A stretch of 64,000 bases of DNA from an uncultured Candidatus Rokubacteria bacterium (GTDB lineage: Bacteria; Methylomirabilota; Methylomirabilia; Rokubacteriales; CSP1-6): contig CAWBMV010000037.1 of the NCBI GenBank assembly GCA_963789955.1, positions 160,001 to 224,000 of the forward strand, read 5' to 3'. A program made the translations under genes and the position numbers. The notes beneath the pieces were generated by a model, which saw only the letters and a list, made by a program, of their open reading frames with translations, was not told the origin of the DNA and did not search any database. Position 1 is the first letter of the stretch. Each line of letters begins with the position of its first letter. Shown one piece after another: positions 61,258-64,000 of the stretch.

Positions 61258-62686
61258 CTACGACGACGAGTGGCGCCGCGCCAGGAACTTCAAGAACTCG
61301 CGCCCCTCGGCGAGGCGCCGCCGGCAGACGGCCATGTCGCTCGCCATCTCCTTGAGGAAACCGAAGAGCTTGCGCGGGCGGAAGTAGAAGCGCCGGTAGA
61401 AGCGCTCGACCGAGGCGAAGATCTCGTCGCGCGAGAGGTGCGGATAGCCGAGCACGCTGGTCTGCGTGCCGCCGGCATCGACCAGCTCCGTCCGCTCGAG
61501 CCAGCCTTGCTCGAGCGCCTCCCGATAGAGCGCGGTGCCCGGATACGGCGCCGCCAGCGAGACCTGGAGCGAATCGGGGTCGATGTCGCGCGCGAAGCGG
61601 ATCGTCTCCTCGATCGTCTCGCGCGTCTCGCCCGGCAGTCCCATGATGAACGTGCCGTGGATCTTGATGCCGAGCGCCTTCGCGTTCCGCGTGAACTGGC
61701 GCGCGACGTCGAGCCGGATGCCCTTCTTCACGCGGTTCAAGATCTCCTGGCTGCCGGACTCGTAGCCGACCAGGAGGAGCCGCAGCCCGTTGTCGCGCAG
61801 CACCCGGAGCGTCGACTCGGGCACGTTCGCCTTCGCGTTGCAGGACCACGTGACGCCCAGGCGCCCGAGCCCGCGCGCGATCGCCTCGGCACGCGGCAGA
61901 TCGTCGGTGAAGGTGTCGTCGTCGAAGAAATACTCCTTCACGTTCGGGAAGTGGCGCGTGGCCTGCGCGATCTCGGCGACGACGTGCTCGACCGAGCGCG
62001 TGCGGTAGCGATGGCCGCCCACGGTCTGCGGCCACAGGCAGAACGTGCACTTCGACCGGCAGCCGCGGCCCGTGTAGAGCGACACGTACGGGTGCAGCAG
62101 GTAGCCGATGAAGTACTGCTCGATCACGAGGTCGCGGTGGTACACGTCGACCACGAACGGCAGCGCGTCCATGTTCTCGAGCGGCGCGCGCTCGGGCGTC
62201 CGCTCGAAGTGGCCGTTCACGCGGTAGCTGAGGCCGGCCACCGACGGCGAGCGCGCGCCCCTGCGCGATCTCCTGGATCGTGAAATCGAACTCGTTCCCG
62301 GCGACGAACTCGATCGCCGGCGAGGCGCCGAGCGCGCGCTCGCGCTCGACCGCCACGTGGGCCCCGACGAAGCCGATTCGCAGGTGCTTGTTCTCGCGCT
62401 TGAGCGCCTCGGCCACGCCGACGTCGTGCGCGAACGACGCCGCGCTCGTGTGCAGGATGGCCAGCTCGTACTCCCGCGCGAGCGGCGCCACGTCGTCGAG
62501 CGTGAGGCCCGCCGGCGGCGCGTCGACCAGGCGGCTCCCCGGCACCAGCGCCGCGGTCTGCGCGAGCCAGGTCGGATACCAGAAGGAGCGGATCTCGCGG
62601 CGCGCCTGATAGCGCGCGCCGGCGCCGCCGTCGAAGCCCTGGAACGATGGTGGATGCAGGAACAGCGTCTTCAGGTGGGCGACCAT
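61258..62686 (-). CDS. hpnJ: Hopanoid biosynthesis-associated radical SAM protein, frameshifted
   Basis: PPSFQGFDGGAGARYQARREIRSFWYPTWLAQ; GRGCRSKCTFCLWPQTVGGH. Confidence 0.9.
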
Positions 62687-62692
62687 TCGCGC

Positions 62693-64000
62693 CTATCTTA
62701 TCTCATTCACCCAGAGGGTACGGCCGCCGCCGGCGCCGAGGAGCCGGGCGCCCGGGAGACCGGCGACCACGCTGTGCGCGGGGCTGCGCACGCTCACCAC
62801 CCAGACGCGCCGGCCGCTCGTCCAGGCCTCTCGCAGTCGATCGGCGTCCCAGAACAGCTCGCGTGATTCCGGTCGCTCGGCGCCGAAGCCGAGGACGCTC
62901 CGGCGGCCGTCGACGATGACCGGCCTGCGTCCCGAGTACCATTCGAGAGCGCCGGAATTCTCGATCGGCCCTTCGTGCGCCAGGACGTCCTCCGGCCCCG
63001 CGAGCTGCGCCACGCGCTCGGCCAGATCCCGCACCGCCCGGTTCTTCGCGACGACCCGGAGCGAGCGCGACACGCCGGGCATCGTCGCCACCATCGCCAC
63101 CGCGACCACGAGGACGCCGAAGGCGCGCCGGCTCTCGGAAGAACGGGCGAGCGCGAGCACCGCCGCGATCGCCAGCGCGCAGAGCACAAACGTGAGGGCG
63201 GCGGCCCAGAAGACCGGCCGGAACTCCTCCCACGGCGGCACCGGTAGCGGCAGGCCCGCGGCGGCGCTCTTCATCGTCGCCACGTCGGTCACGTCCATGA
63301 CGCTCGTGAGCACGCCGCCGTCACCCATCCAGGTAACCGCGCACCCCACGGCGGCCGCCGCGAAGAAAATCAGATGGACCCCGAGCATGGGCCGGCCGCC
63401 GTGGCGCTCCCAGCCGCGCGCGGCGAGCAGCGCGATCCCGAAAGACGCCGGCAGCCCGTAGTGCGGCAGCCGGAACGGCGACAGGGCGGTGATCCCGAGC
63501 ACGCCGAGGACCCAGATCGTCAGCGCGATCCAGCCGATCTCGTCAGGATCGCGCCAGGCCCGGTGGCGCGCGAGGGACCAGACCGCGACACCCGCGGCGA
63601 TCACCCACGGCAGCGCGCTGCCGATCGCGACCGCGAGAAACTCGAGCGCCGTCAGGGGAATGTCCTCGTCGGCGAAGCGGCGGGCGCGCGCGACGTTGAG
63701 CAGATGGTTGTCGATCGTGGTGTACCAGCCGAATCCCGGCGTGCGCAGCTCGGCGCCGATCCACCAGCCGAAGCCGATCACCAGACACGCGGCGATGCCC
63801 GTCCACGGAAGCCACGCCGACAGCGGCCGCGCCCGTCCGGCCAGCACGAGCGCCAGGCCGATCGCCAGCGGCGGCAAGAGCGCGCCGAGCGGATCCTTCG
63901 CCAGCGCGGCGAGGCCGAAGACCGCCAGGCCCGCCGCGCAGAGCCCGCGTCGCCCGTCGCGGATCCCGATCAGGCACAGCGCGAAGCCGCCGGCGAGCGA
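62693..64000 (-). CDS. ArnT-like (GT39/83) membrane glycosyltransferase, 5' truncated by window edge
   Basis: GLAALAKDPLG, ALPW, FRLPHYGLP; many TM helices. Confidence 0.75.
   Translation of the reverse strand, partial: SLAGGFALCLIGIRDGRRGLCAAGLAVFGLAALAKDPLGALLPPLAIGLALVLAGRARPLSAWLPWTGIAACLVIGFGWWIGAELRTPGFGWYTTIDNHLLNVARARRFADEDIPLTALEFLAVAIGSALPWVIAAGVAVWSLARHRAWRDPDEIGWIALTIWVLGVLGITALSPFRLPHYGLPASFGIALLAARGWERHGGRPMLGVHLIFFAAAAVGCAVTWMGDGGVLTSVMDVTDVATMKSAAAGLPLPVPPWEEFRPVFWAAALTFVLCALAIAAVLALARSSESRRAFGVLVVAVAMVATMPGVSRSLRVVAKNRAVRDLAERVAQLAGPEDVLAHEGPIENSGALEWYSGRRPVIVDGRRSVLGFGAERPESRELFWDADRLREAWTSGRRVWVVSVRSPAHSVVAGLPGARLLGAGGGRTLWVNEIR

Noticed and set aside
1..64000. Widespread frameshifts (crotonase, queG, ilvD, maoC, mqnD, dppB, binding proteins, LLM, deacetylase, hpnJ) as real pseudogenes or programmed frameshifting
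   Set aside because: They are single-base indels spread evenly, including in conserved biosynthetic genes, with no in-frame nonsense decay. This is typical of long-read consensus error.
1..64000. CRISPR array or rRNA
   Set aside because: No regularly spaced repeats or rRNA-like sequence seen.

Overview
This is a high-GC (roughly 70% by eye) bacterial window. Gene content (many HAAT and peptide ABC transporters, amidohydrolases, LLM oxidoreductases, futalosine mqn genes, hpnJ, scattered PF04392-type binding proteins) suggests a soil Rokubacteria/Methylomirabilota-like genome, by inference only. Single-base indels break many conserved genes (ilvD, queG, mqnD, hpnJ, dppB and others), consistent with an unpolished long-read assembly. 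Most of the window is metabolic or transport genes. The accessory core (about 33.3-43.3 kb) holds a roughly 6.9 kb tyrosine-integrase element lying on the 5' side of tRNA-Val(CAC). It duplicates the 5' half of the tRNA and appears to supply the tRNA promoter. It has readable core and arm-type att sites, a palindromic operator on the integrase promoter, and a unidirectional cluster of small unknown genes, one resembling a phage scaffolding protein (satellite-like). A decayed earlier element of the same type follows in tandem. Inside the element, three almost cytosine-free tracts (about 600 nt in total) interrupt a DDE transposase fragment; these are most likely sequencing bursts but need checking against reads. 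A 32-bp direct repeat brackets a TPR-roadblock/roadblock gene pair next to a MesD-like methionine synthase.
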